From: Thermoanaerobaculia bacterium | GTDB lineage: Bacteria; Acidobacteriota; Thermoanaerobaculia; Multivoradales; JAGPDF01 | Direction of reading: 5' to 3' | Length of the DNA: 64,000 bases | Assembly: GCA_963699245.1 (NCBI GenBank) | Contig: OY969426.1 | Location: 1,326,316 to 1,390,315, forward strand | In this document: positions 27,338 to 36,963 of the stretch, piece by piece | Numbering within the stretch: position 1 is the stretch's first letter | Layout of the letters: each line of letters starts with the position of its first letter | Program-made: the position numbers and the translations under genes | Notes under the pieces: model-generated | Told to the model about the DNA's origin: nothing | Seen by the model: only the letters and a program-made list of their open reading frames with translations | The model's database searches: none

Positions 27338-28337
27338 GGCGCCGCCTCGTCGAGCCGCCGGCCGAGCTCCGCGATCAGGGCGTCGACCCCTTCTCCGGTC
27401 GCCGAGCTGATCTCGAAGTACGGGAGCTTGCAGCGTTTCGCCACCTGGCGGAGCTCCTTCCGGCGATCGTCGCGCGCCGAGTCGAGCTTCGAGCCGACGA
27501 GAAGCCGCTGGCGTTCGAGCAGCTCCGGCTCGAAGGCGCCGAGCTCCTTCTCGACGACCTCGAAATCGTCTCGTGCCGAGCCTTCGAAGGACGAGAGATC
27601 CACCAGGTGGAGCAGGACGCGGCAGCGCTCGACGTGCTTGAGGAACTGGATGCCGAGGCCGGCGCCCTGCGCCGCGCCGGCGATCAGCCCCGGCAGGTCG
27701 GCGATGACGAACGGGCGCTCGAGGTTCGGGCGCGCGACGACGCCGAGCTGCGGCACCAGCGTGGTGAACGGGTAGTCGGCGATCTTCGGCTTCGCCGCCG
27801 AGACGACGGAGATCAGGGTGGACTTGCCGGCGTTGGGGAGGCCGACGACGCCGACGTCGGCGAGCAGCTTGAGCTCGAGCCGGAGGCGTTTCTCCTCTCC
27901 CTCGTTACCGGGATAGGCCTTGCGCGGCGCCTGGTTGGTCGGTGTCGCGAAGTGCTGGTTCCCCCAGCCGCCGCGCCCCCCTTGGCGACCACCAGGCGCT
28001 CGCCGTCGGCGAGGATCTCGCCGAGCAGCCGGTCGTCCTCGGTGTCGTAGATGACGGTGCCGAGCGGCACCGGCACCTCGAGATCCTCGCCGGCGCGGCC
28101 ATGCCGATTGGCGCCGAGACCGTGCTGGCCCCGTCCCGCCGGGTAGATCGACTGGAACTGCAGGTGGTAGAGGGTGTTCTTGCGCGCTTCACCGACCAGC
28201 ACGACGGATCCGCCGTGGCCGCCGTCGCCGCCGGACGGGCCGCCGCGCGGCACGAACTTCTCGCGCCGGAAGGCGACACATCCATTGCCCCCGCGTCCTC
28301 CTCGGACGTGGAGAGCTGCTTCGTCGATGAACTGCAC
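27334..28337 (-). CDS. obg: GTPase Obg/CgtA, with one apparent frameshift in the assembly
   Basis: The N-terminal Obg fold ([43 protein letters not shown]…LVVAKGG) is in ORF 27813..28337. The GTPase domain (…[52 protein letters not shown]…PQLGVVARP…) is in the frame of ORF 27334..27756. The break is in the C6 run at 27976-27981; adding one base gives [12 protein letters not shown]. obg is essential, so this is almost certainly an assembly error. Confidence 0.85.
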
Positions 28338-28378
28338 GGATTGTCGGCGGCGGCCCGGAAGGGCGCGCCGCGGTCAGG

Positions 28379-28636
28379 TCACTCGGCCGGCAGGATGTGG
28401 ACGTACTGGCCGCGGCGGCCGCGGTCCTGGAACGTCACCACGCCGTCCGCCGTGGCGAAGAGCGTGTCGTCCTTGCCGATGCCGACGTTCTTGCCCGGGT
28501 TGATCCGGGTGCCGCGCTGGCGGACGATGATCGAGCCGCCGGTGACGCGCTCGCCGCCGAACTTCTTCACGCCCAGCCGCTGCGAGTTGGAGTCGCGGCC
28601 GTTGCGGCTCGAGCCCTGCCCTTTTTTGTGTGCCAT
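28379..28636 (-). CDS. rpmA: 50S ribosomal protein L27
   Basis: [29 protein letters not shown]…. Confidence 0.95.
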   Translation of the reverse strand: MAHKKGQGSSRNGRDSNSQRLGVKKFGGERVTGGSIIVRQRGTRINPGKNVGIGKDDTLFATADGVVTFQDRGRRGQYVHILPAE

Positions 28637-28663
28637 GACGAAATGCTCCCGGCGCTCACGCGC

Positions 28664-28981
28664 TCAGAGGACGATGTCCTCGACGCGCACGCGCGCGTAG
28701 TCCTGACGATGCCCGTTCTGGCGCTTGAAAGCCTTGCGCCGGCGCATCTTGAAGATTCTGACCTTGGGGCCGCGCACCGAGTCGACCAGCGTCGCCTCGA
28801 CCCGCGCGCCGGGGATGACCGGATTGCCCACCCGGGTTCCGCCCTCGCCGTAGATCAACAGCACGCGGTCGAAAGAGACCTTATCGCCGGCGTTCTCGAC
28901 GCCTTCGATGAGCTCGACGTCGAGGACGCCGCCCTTTTCGACACGGTACTGCTTGCCTCCAGTTTCGATGACCGCGAACAT
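28664..28981 (-). CDS. rplU: 50S ribosomal protein L21
   Basis: MFAVIETGGKQYRVEKGGVLDVE…. Confidence 0.95.
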   Translation of the reverse strand: MFAVIETGGKQYRVEKGGVLDVELIEGVENAGDKVSFDRVLLIYGEGGTRVGNPVIPGARVEATLVDSVRGPKVRIFKMRRRKAFKRQNGHRQDYARVRVEDIVL

Positions 28982-29098
28982 GACTCGAACCTTTCTACCG
29001 ACCCCGCGGACGCGGGAACGGGCAACTTAACACCCGGGCGCCCCGCCGGTCAAATCGAGGCACCGCCGCCGGAGGCCGGTCGATGCTAGCGTTTCGGC

Positions 29099-29983
29099 AT
29101 GTTCGCGCGCACCCTCGCCGCCGCCACCGCCGCGGCGGTCCGGGCCCGCGGCCTGACCCGGCACGAAGTCGAGATCGGGCCCTGGCGGTTGCGGGTCTGG
29201 CGGGGGGGCCGGAAGGGGGGCGAGCCCTGGCTCCTCCTGCACGGCATGGGCGCCACCTCGGTGACCTTCATGCCCCTGCTCGGCACTCTGCTTGAGGACT
29301 GCGAGATCGTCCTCCCCGAGCTCTCGGCCAACGGCGGCACCCGCGGTCCGCGCGCCGCGATCGGCGTCGCCGACGGAGTCGACGTCATGGCCGAGCTCGC
29401 CCGCCGCGAGTTCGGCGGGCGGCAGGCGACCGTCTGCGGCGTCAGTCTCGGCGGCTGGATCGCGGCCAAGCTCGGAATCGCGCATCCGGAGCGGGTGGCC
29501 CGGCTCGTCCTCGTCGCGGCGGGCGGCTACAAGAACCAGGACTGGCAGCGGATCGAATCGATGGTCCGCGTCGAGACCCTGGCCGACATCAAACGGATGT
29601 GGCAGGCCCTCTTCGTCGCGCCGCCCTGGTACCTGCAGCCGGCGCGCATCCTCCTCTACTTCCTCTACACGACGCCGACGGTGCGCGACGTGCTGGCGAC
29701 GGTGCGTGAGGAAGATGCCTTCGACGACGCCGACCTGGGGCGGATCGCGGTGCCGGTCGGCCTGATCTTCGGCCAGGGGGACACGCTCTTCCGGCCCGAA
29801 GTGGGTGAGGCGATGCAGCGGGCGCTTCCCCGCGCCACCCTCACCGTCATCGCCGGCGCCGGCCACGGCCTGCAATGGCAGAAGCCGCACGACTTCTTCG
29901 CCGCCGTCGCGGCCTTTCGCGCCGCCTTCCCCTTGCGCGACGACGGAGCGGCGGCGCATCATCCCGCCGCGACCGGAGGCTGA
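29099..29983 (+). CDS. Alpha/beta-fold hydrolase
   Basis: …WLLLHGMGATS…VCGVSLGGWIAAKL…AGAGHGLQWQKP (nucleophile elbow GxSxG and a C-terminal His). Confidence 0.75.
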   Translation: MFARTLAAATAAAVRARGLTRHEVEIGPWRLRVWRGGRKGGEPWLLLHGMGATSVTFMPLLGTLLEDCEIVLPELSANGGTRGPRAAIGVADGVDVMAELARREFGGRQATVCGVSLGGWIAAKLGIAHPERVARLVLVAAGGYKNQDWQRIESMVRVETLADIKRMWQALFVAPPWYLQPARILLYFLYTTPTVRDVLATVREEDAFDDADLGRIAVPVGLIFGQGDTLFRPEVGEAMQRALPRATLTVIAGAGHGLQWQKPHDFFAAVAAFRAAFPLRDDGAAAHHPAATGG

Positions 29984-29985
29984 CC

Positions 29986-30174
29986 ATGGCATCGCCCGAC
30001 TACCTGATCTGCCTCAACTGCGAGACCCCCTGCTACGTCTTCGAGTGGGGGGACGAAGGGTGCATCGAAGCGCTCTGCGAAGCCTGCGGCAACGACGAGC
30101 CCGATCAGTTCGTGACCGAAGAGGACTTCGACGCGATCGTCGACGAGCCGCGCGGCGGCTCCGACCAGAGCTGA
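29986..30174 (+). CDS. Small Cys-rich (CxxC…CxxC) zinc-ribbon-like protein, 62 aa
   Basis: MASPDYLICLNCETPCYVFEWGDEGCIEALCEACGNDEPDQF…; GGAGG lies 6 nt upstream. The internal ATG is at aa 38 of ORF 29875..30174. Confidence 0.5.
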   Translation: MASPDYLICLNCETPCYVFEWGDEGCIEALCEACGNDEPDQFVTEEDFDAIVDEPRGGSDQS

Positions 30175-30175
30175 C

Positions 30176-31252
30176 TCAGTCGCCGAAGGCGATGCCGGTG
30201 GCGCGCGCCGTCGTCACCAGCTCGCCGGCGGGATCGACGTTCTTGGGACGCGAGATCGCGTCGGCGAGCGAAACGTCCGCGATCTCGCCGCCGCGCAGAC
30301 AGACCATCCTTCCCCAGTTCCCGTTGACGGCGAGGCGCGCCGCGTGCGAGCCGAGTTGCGTGGCGAGCATGCGGTCGAACGGCACCGGCGAGCCGCCGCG
30401 CTGCAGGTGTCCCAGCACCGTCCAGCGGATCTCGTGCGCGAGGCGCGGCGCCAGGTCGCGCGCCAGCCGCTCGGCGGCGCCGCCGTGGCGCGGATGGCCG
30501 TCGCCGGCGTCGAGGGTGACGAACGAGGGCCCGCCGTCGAGCGGCCGCGCCCCCTCGGCGACGACGACGAGCGAATAGGCCAGGCCGCGCGCCGCGCGCT
30601 CCTCGACCGTCGCCTCGACGGCGTCGATGCGATACGGGATCTCGGGCAGCAGGATGACGTCGGCGGCGCCGGCGATGCCGGCGTAGAGGGCGATCCATCC
30701 CGCGTCGCGCCCCATCACCTCGAGCAGCATGACGCGATGGTGGCTCTCGGCCGTGTCGCGCAGCTTGTCGAGCGCGTCGGTCGCGGTGGCGATGGCGGTC
30801 CAGAAGCCGAAGGTGAAGTCGGTGGCGGCGAGGTCGTTGTCGATCGTCTTCGGCACGCCGACCACCGGCAGCCCGAGCGCCGCGAGCTCGGTCGCGATGC
30901 GCAGGCTGCCGTCGCCGCCGATCACCACCAGCCCGTCGAGCCCGGCCACCCGCGCGTTGGCGAGCACTTCGGCGGAGCGGTCGAGGAGCGCGCCGCCCGG
31001 CAGCCGGAACTGGAAGGGGTTGCAGCGGTTGGTGGTGCCGAGCACGGTGCCGCCGCGCCGGACCAGGCCGCGGGTGGAGGCGCGGTCGAGCGGCAGGAAG
31101 CGGCGGTCGAGCAGCCCCTCGAAGCCGTCGAGGACGCCCAGCGTGCGCACCGTCGCGAGCTGGTCGGCGGTGCGCACCACGGCGCGGATCACCGCGTTCA
31201 GCCCCGGCGCGTCGCCGCCGCCGGTCAGGACTCCGATCTGTCGTACCGCCAT
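30176..31252 (-). CDS. 6-phosphofructokinase (ATP/PPi-dependent)
   Basis: MAVRQIGVLTGGGDAPGLNAVIRAV…GGDGS…MGRDAGWIALYAGIAGAAD… The ORF-track start at 31288 (GTG) is also possible. Confidence 0.8.
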   Translation of the reverse strand: MAVRQIGVLTGGGDAPGLNAVIRAVVRTADQLATVRTLGVLDGFEGLLDRRFLPLDRASTRGLVRRGGTVLGTTNRCNPFQFRLPGGALLDRSAEVLANARVAGLDGLVVIGGDGSLRIATELAALGLPVVGVPKTIDNDLAATDFTFGFWTAIATATDALDKLRDTAESHHRVMLLEVMGRDAGWIALYAGIAGAADVILLPEIPYRIDAVEATVEERAARGLAYSLVVVAEGARPLDGGPSFVTLDAGDGHPRHGGAAERLARDLAPRLAHEIRWTVLGHLQRGGSPVPFDRMLATQLGSHAARLAVNGNWGRMVCLRGGEIADVSLADAISRPKNVDPAGELVTTARATGIAFGD

Positions 31253-31262
31253 GACGACGATT

Positions 31263-32672
31263 CTAGTCGCCGGCGGCTCCCCCTTCACCGTCGGCAGCGA
31301 AAAGGGGCAGCGAAAGCACGAAACGGGAGCCCTGTCCGACCTCGCTGTCGCAGCGGATGGCGCCGTCGTGGGCGCGCGCGATCCGCTCGGCGATCGCGAG
31401 GCCGAGCCCGGTGCCGCCGCGCCGGGTCGAGAAGAAGGCCTCGAAGACGCGAGCGCGCTCGGCTTCCGGGATGCCGCGCCCGTTGTCGCGCACCTCGAGC
31501 TCGACGCGGTCGCCGGCGCGCCGCACCTGCAGGGCGATCTCGGGCCGCCGGCCGGTGTCCTCGGTCGCGGCGAGCGCGTTCTGCAGCAGGTTGAGCAGGA
31601 GCTGGCGGATCTGCTCTTCGTCGACGCGCACCGAGGCCTCCTCGCTCTCGTCGACGATGCGCACCACCGCGTCGCGCTGCGCGATCTGCGCCGCGAGCAC
31701 TTCGCGCGCGGCGATCAGCAGGTCGATCGCGGCGACCTCGGCGAGATGGAGCGGCCGCGGGCGGGCGTAAGCGAGGAACTCCGAAACCAGGCGCTCGAGC
31801 CGGCCGATCTCCGAGCGCGTCACGGTGAGCAGGCGGCGGTTCGCGTCGCCGGATTCGCCGGGCGCCAGGTCTTCCTCCAGCATCTGCATGTTGAGGTTGA
31901 GCGAGTTGAGCGGATTGCGGATCTCGTGCGCCAGGCCGGCGGCGAGCGTGCCGACGTAGGCGAGGCGCTCGGCCTCCGCGGCCTGGGCCTCGAGCTTCTC
32001 GCCGCGCCGGATGAGGATCGAGATGAGGACGACGGCGACCACGACCAGCAGGCCGGTGAGGCCGCCGATGATCGCGGTCTGCCGCACCAGTTCGCCGCGC
32101 AGCTGGCGGATGCGGCGGTCCATCTCGACCGGGCTCAGACCGATGCGCAACGAGCCGAAGGTGCCGATCGGCACGCTGACGTCGAGCGAGCCGAGCGCCG
32201 CGGCGGGCGGCAGCGCGACCGGCCGGCTCTCGCGTCTCTCGGTGGTGCGCGACTCGACGTTGGGGCGCGCCGCGGGGAGCTCGCGGCTCACCTCGGGCGG
32301 CGCGGTGGGCAGCGCGATCTCGGCTTCGCGCCGTTCCTTCATCACCAGCACGCCGTTCTTGTCGGTGATCTCGACCGTCTGCACGATCTGCCGCTGGCGC
32401 AGGACGGAGTCGATGTAGGTCTGCGTCTCCTGCTCCATCGCGACGGCGGTGAAGAGGTCGCCGCCGGTCTTCTCCGCGCTGCGGTGGAGCCGCCCGGCGA
32501 GATCCTGCGCCTCGGCGCGCGCTTCGAGCAGGACGCGATCGAGCTCGCGCTGCGAGAGCGAGCGGAAGATGAGCCAGGCGAAGAGAGCGAGGTCGAGGAC
32601 GAGGAAGGCGCCGACCAACCCGGCGAGGAACCAGAAGCGGCGAGAGGGGCGCTGGGTTCGGCCCGGGGACAT
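31263..32672 (-). CDS. Sensor histidine kinase (two TM segments with a periplasmic sensor, HisKA and HATPase_c)
   Basis: The internal start MSPGRTQRPSRRFWFLAGLVGAFLVLDLALF… (aa 97 of ORF 31263..32960); …GLAHEIRNPLNSL… (H-box), …DNGRGIPEAE…GGTGLGLAI… (N, G boxes). Confidence 0.8.
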   Translation of the reverse strand: MSPGRTQRPSRRFWFLAGLVGAFLVLDLALFAWLIFRSLSQRELDRVLLEARAEAQDLAGRLHRSAEKTGGDLFTAVAMEQETQTYIDSVLRQRQIVQTVEITDKNGVLVMKERREAEIALPTAPPEVSRELPAARPNVESRTTERRESRPVALPPAAALGSLDVSVPIGTFGSLRIGLSPVEMDRRIRQLRGELVRQTAIIGGLTGLLVVVAVVLISILIRRGEKLEAQAAEAERLAYVGTLAAGLAHEIRNPLNSLNLNMQMLEEDLAPGESGDANRRLLTVTRSEIGRLERLVSEFLAYARPRPLHLAEVAAIDLLIAAREVLAAQIAQRDAVVRIVDESEEASVRVDEEQIRQLLLNLLQNALAATEDTGRRPEIALQVRRAGDRVELEVRDNGRGIPEAERARVFEAFFSTRRGGTGLGLAIAERIARAHDGAIRCDSEVGQGSRFVLSLPLFAADGEGGAAGD

Positions 32673-32735
32673 CGCCGGTCGAAGATAGCACCCGCTCTCG
32701 GGTCCACCCGCAACCCTCGCTGGCTCAAGGTTTGA

Positions 32736-32862
32736 GCAGAATCTTAGTAAAGTATTGATATATATTGACACCCGAAAGAATAAAGCGGAAAATATGAGCG
32801 TTCCTAAGGGAGACCTTAGCCGGGAGGGCCGACTCCCTTCCGCGACTCGACAGGAGGACACC
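32736..32862 (+). promoter_or_regulatory. AT-rich promoter island upstream of hsp20, with a TTGACA-N17-GAAAAT-like element and a CTAAGG-GAGA-CCTTAG inverted repeat
   Basis: tattgatatatattgacacccgaaagaataaagcggaaaatatgag…cctaagggagaccttagc lies in a local GC trough inside an otherwise ~70% GC sequence. AGGAGG lies 7 nt before the ATG at 32863. Confidence 0.4.
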
Positions 32863-33315
32863 ATGACCAGCGCCATCACCCGTTGGACCCCGGAGACCGA
32901 CCTCGTCCGCACGCGCCTCGATCGCCTCTTCAACCAGATGCTCCAGGACGCCTGGGGCACTCAGATGCCGACCGAAGGGGTCGCGAACCGCACCTGGACG
33001 CCGGCGGTCGACATCAAGGAGACGCAGGAAGCGCTGCACTTCGCGATCGAGCTCCCCGGCATGACCAAGGAGAACCTCGAGATCACGGTCGAGAACAACA
33101 TCCTCACCATCGCCGGTGAGCGCAAGTTCGAGAAGGAGACGAAGGGCGAGGAGTATCACCGCCTGGAGCGCTCCTACGGCACCTTCAGCCGCTCGTTCAC
33201 GCTGCCCACCGGCGTGCGCACCGACAAGGTGGAGGCGAACTTCGAGAACGGAGTGCTCCGCCTCGACCTGCCGAAGCAGGAAGGCGTCAAGCCGCGCAAG
33301 ATCGCCATCAAGTAA
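32863..33315 (+). CDS. Hsp20/alpha-crystallin-family small heat-shock protein
   Basis: MTSAITRWTPETDLVRTRLDRLFN…AVDIKETQEALHFAIELPGMTKENLEITVENNILTIAGER…. Confidence 0.9.
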   Translation: MTSAITRWTPETDLVRTRLDRLFNQMLQDAWGTQMPTEGVANRTWTPAVDIKETQEALHFAIELPGMTKENLEITVENNILTIAGERKFEKETKGEEYHRLERSYGTFSRSFTLPTGVRTDKVEANFENGVLRLDLPKQEGVKPRKIAIK

Positions 33316-33339
33316 CCGCGGCTTCGGCGGCGCAACGAA

Positions 33340-33372
33340 GGGCGAGAGGCGACTCTCGCCCTTTTCCTTTTT
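33340..33372 (+). terminator. Rho-independent terminator downstream of hsp20
   Basis: GGGCGAGAG-GCGA-CTCTCGCCC stem-loop followed by TTTTCCTTTTT. Confidence 0.7.
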
Positions 33373-33402
33373 GCCCGCTTCTCTTCTATTCTCCGCCGCG
33401 CC

Positions 33403-35020
33403 ATGCACTTGTGGAGGGGGGTCGGGTGCGGCCTGATACTGGCCGCGGCCTCGGCGTGCGCGCGCTCGGGCGCGCCCGCGCGCGGCTCCTGCCACGCCCC
33501 CGATCGTCATCGCTTCGACGGTGCGACCTGGCCGGCGTCAATCCGCTCGTCGCGACGGGCACGCGATTCAGCCACGAGGTCCTGGACCTGCTCTTCCCCG
33601 AGCTCCTCGCCGAGAGCGCGGGATCGCTGGACCAGCCGCCGAGTTTCGCTCCCGCTCTCGCCGAGAGCTGGGATCTCTCGTCCGATCGCCGGCGTCTTCT
33701 GGTGCGGCTGCGCGAAGGACTGCGCTGGAGCGACGGCGATCCGGTGACGGCGCGCGACGTCGTCTTCACCCACCGCGCCGAGACCGACGGCGACGTCGCC
33801 TGGCCCTACTCGGATTCCAAGGCGGGCATCGAGGAAGTCCGGGCGATCGACGACCGCACGGTTCTCTTCCGGCTCCGGCCCGGCGGCGCCTTCGCGCTCG
33901 TCGACGTCAACGACGGCGCCGATCCTTCCCGAGCACGCCTGGGGAACCCTCCCCTTCGCCGAGTGGCGGCGCGGCGGCGACTGGTTCCGCCAGCACCTGG
34001 TCACCGACGGCCCCTTCCGGCTCGCCGCCTGGCACCCGGGCGTCGAGCTGGCGCTGACACCGAACGAGCAGTGGCACGGTCCGGGCCCCGCTGCCGCGGG
34101 TCCGGTCGTCTTCCGCGTCGTGCCCGATCCCGCCGCGCTCGTCGAGCAGCTGCTCGCCGGCGCATTCGACTTCGCCGACGGCCTCACGCCGCTCGACGCC
34201 GAGCGGGTGGCGCGCAGCCCGCGTCTCCGCCTGGTGGTGGGCGAGGCGCGCCAGTACGACTACATCGCCTGGAACCTGCGCCGGGCGCCCTTCGACGACC
34301 CGCTCGTGCGCCGCGCCCTGACCCTCGCGATCGACCGCCAGTTGCTGGTCGACGCGCTCTGGCGCGGCCGCGCCCGCGTCGCCGCCGGCCCGGTGCCGGC
34401 TCCCTTCTGGGCCCGCGACCCCGAGCTCGCGCCCTGGCCGTGCGATCCGCAGGAGGCGCGGCGGCTGCTCGCCGAGCGCGGCTTCGCCGATCGCGACGGC
34501 GACGGCATCGTCGAGCGCGACGGACGACCGTTCCGCTTCGAGCTGCTGACCAACGCCGGGCAATCGCGTCCGCGCCGACGCCCTGGTGCTGATCCAGGAG
34601 CAGCTCCGCCGCGTCGGCGTCGAAGTGGTGCCGCGCACGCTCGAGATCCAGGCGTTGACCGAGCGCAATCTCGGCGGCGACTACGACGCCACGCTCGCCG
34701 GCTGGGCGGTCGACACCACGCTCGACTTCCGGCCCTACTTCCACTCGCGCGAGATCGCGGACGGCTGGAACTTCACCGCCTACGCCAGCCCCGAAGCCGA
34801 TCGCCTGCTCGACGAAGCCGCCGGCGCCGCCACTCCCGAGGCCATGCGCCCGGCGCTGATCGGGTTGCAGCGCCTGCTCCACCGCGACCAGCCCTACACC
34901 TTCCTCTGGGAGCCGCCGCGCCTGGCGGCGGCGCGCCGCGAGCTCACCGGCGTCGAGATCTCCCCGCTCTCCGCGCTCGCCGGCCTGCCCCGCTGGCGCC
35001 GGAGCGCCGGCGGCAGCTGA
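33403..35020 (+). CDS. ABC transporter substrate-binding lipoprotein, family 5 (peptide/nickel type), with at least 3 apparent frameshifts
   Basis: Lipoprotein signal MHLWRGVGCGLILAAASAC (ORF 33403..). It continues in frames of ORFs 33411.., 34120.. and 34586.. (…LVRLREGLRWSDGDPVTARDVVFT…, …QYDYIAWNLRRAPFDDPLVRRALTLAIDRQ…, …VLIQEQLRRVGVEVV…). Frame changes occur near 33500, 33925 and 34570. Confidence 0.7.
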
Positions 35021-35023
35021 ACC

Positions 35024-35999
35024 GTGGCGCGCTTCTTCGTCCGTCGCGGCATCGCCGCGCTCGCCGTCGTCTGGGTCGTGGTGAGCGCCACCTTCCTGCT
35101 GCTGCAGGCCCTGCCGGGCGGTCCCGGCGCGCTGGCGGAGGACCCGCGCGTGCCGGTCACCCAGCGCGCGCGGATGCGCGCCGCGCTCGGCCTCGACGCG
35201 CCGCTCGCCGCGCGCTATTTCCGTTTCCTCTCCGCCGCCGCGCGGGGCGACTGGGGCGTCTCTTTCGCCACGCAGCGTCCGGTGCGCGCGCTGCTCGCCG
35301 AGGCCGCGCCGCCGACCCTGGCGCTCGCCGCCGCGGCGCTCGCGCTCGAGCTCGCCGTCGGCGTGCCGCTCGGAGCGCTGGCCGCGCGCCGCGCCGGCAG
35401 GACCTTCGATCACCTGCTGCGTGCGGCATCGCTCTTCGCTCTGGTCGCTGCCCTCGTTCTGGCTCGGGCTCCTCCTGCTGATCCTCTTCGCCCTGCGCTG
35501 GCCGCTCTTTCCCGCCGGCGGCGTGGCGGGAGACGACGCCAACCTCGCCACGCTCCTCCGCCATCTCGCTCTCCCCGCCGCCGCGCTCGGCCTCCCCGCC
35601 GCGGCGGCAACGGCGCGCCACGTCCGCTCGCTGGTGCGTCGACGCCGGCGCCGAGCCATGGCTCCACGCGGCGCGCGCGCGCGGCCTCGGCGAGCGGTCG
35701 CTCCTCCTCCGCCACCTGCTGCGCCGTCGAGCGCGCCGCTCGTCGAGCTGGCGGGGCTCTCGGCCGCGGCGCTGCTGTCCGGCGCCCTCGCCGTCGAGGT
35801 CGTCTTCGCGCGGCCGGGGGTGGGGCGCCTGGTCTGCGACGCGCTCGCGGCCCGCGACTATCCCGTGCTGCTCGCGGGCAGCGCCGTCGCCGCCGTCGCG
35901 GTGGTCGCCACGAGCTTCGCCACCGATCTCCTCCAGGCGGCGCTCGATCCGCGCCAGCGGCGTTCGATCCATGACGACGATGCGCCGCAGCCCGGCTGA
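35024..35999 (+). CDS. ABC transporter permease (DppB/OppB-like), with at least 3 apparent frameshifts
   Basis: MARFFVRRGIAALAVVWVVVSATFLLLQALPGGP… in ORF 35024..; …SLPSFWLGLLLLILFALRWPLFPAGG… and …ELAGLSAAALLSGALAVEVVFARPGVGRLVCDALAARDYPVLLAGS…DLLQAALDPRQRR in other frames. Confidence 0.65.
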
Positions 36000-36952
36000 G
36001 CTGCGCTGGGGCGCGGCCCTTCTGCTGCTGCTCGCCGGCGCCGTCACGCTGGGGGCGGCGCTCGACGCCGCCGATCCCGACACGACTCTCGATCCGGCGG
36101 TCGCCGCTTTCGCGCCCCCCGGCGCCCGATTCGCGACGCTGACGCTCACCGACGGACGGCGTCTCGCCGCCACGGCCATCGAGCGGCAGGACGGGTCCTG
36201 GGTGCTGATCGGTCCCGGCGCGCCACGCTCGATCCCGCTTACCGCTGCCGCCGGGCCGCCGCGCTCGCAGACCGCCTGGCTGGGCACCGATCGCTTCGGC
36301 CGCGACCTCGCAGCCCGCCTGCTGCACGGCGGCCGTCTCTCGCTGGCAGTGGCGCTGGCAGCAGTCGCGCTCTCGGTCGGCGGCGGGCTGCCGTTCGGCA
36401 TCGCCGCCGGCCTCGCGCACGGGCGGCGAGGCCGGGCGCTCCTCGCCCTGCTCGAAGGCGCCCAGGCCTTTCCACGCCTCTTCCTCGTCGTCGCGCTCGC
36501 CGCCGTCGTGCCGCCGGGACGCGGCACCACGGTGCTGCTGCTCGGCCTGACCGGCTGGATGCCGGTGGCGCGTCTCGTGCGCGCCGAGACCCGGCGCCTC
36601 GTCGCGAGCGAGTTCGTGCTCGCGGCGCGCGCCGGCGGCGTCGGGCCGCTGCGCCTGGCGTGGAGCCACCTGCTTCCGAACCTCGCCGGCGCCGTCGCCG
36701 TCGAGGCGTCGCTCGGCATGGCCGGCGCGGTGGCGGGCGAAGCGGCGCTCTCCTTCCTCGGCCTCGGGGCGCCCCCTCCCGTCTCTTCCTGGGGCGGGCT
36801 GATCGCCGACGGGCGCGACGCGCTCGTGATCGCTCCCTGGATCTCGCTCGCTCCCGGCCTCGCCCTGGCGCTCGCCGTTCTCGCCTTCAACCTGGTCGCC
36901 GAGGGAGCACGCGAACGCTTCGACCCGCGCAGCCGTTCGCCTCCCGGGCTAG
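35971..36952 (+). CDS. ABC transporter permease (DppC/OppC-like); the 3' end is unresolved because there is no in-frame stop before queA
   Basis: …WLGTDRFGRDLAARLLHGGRLSLAVAL…ASEFVLAARAGGVGPLRLAWSHLLPNLAGAV…ISLAPGLALALAVLAFNLVAEGARERFDPR. A TAG at 36950-36952 is in the +2 frame. Confidence 0.6.
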
Positions 36953-36963
36953 GCTTGCCGCGC

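Noticed and set aside
34184-35659. 491-aa minus-strand ORF
   Set aside because: Antisense to the substrate-binding protein gene.
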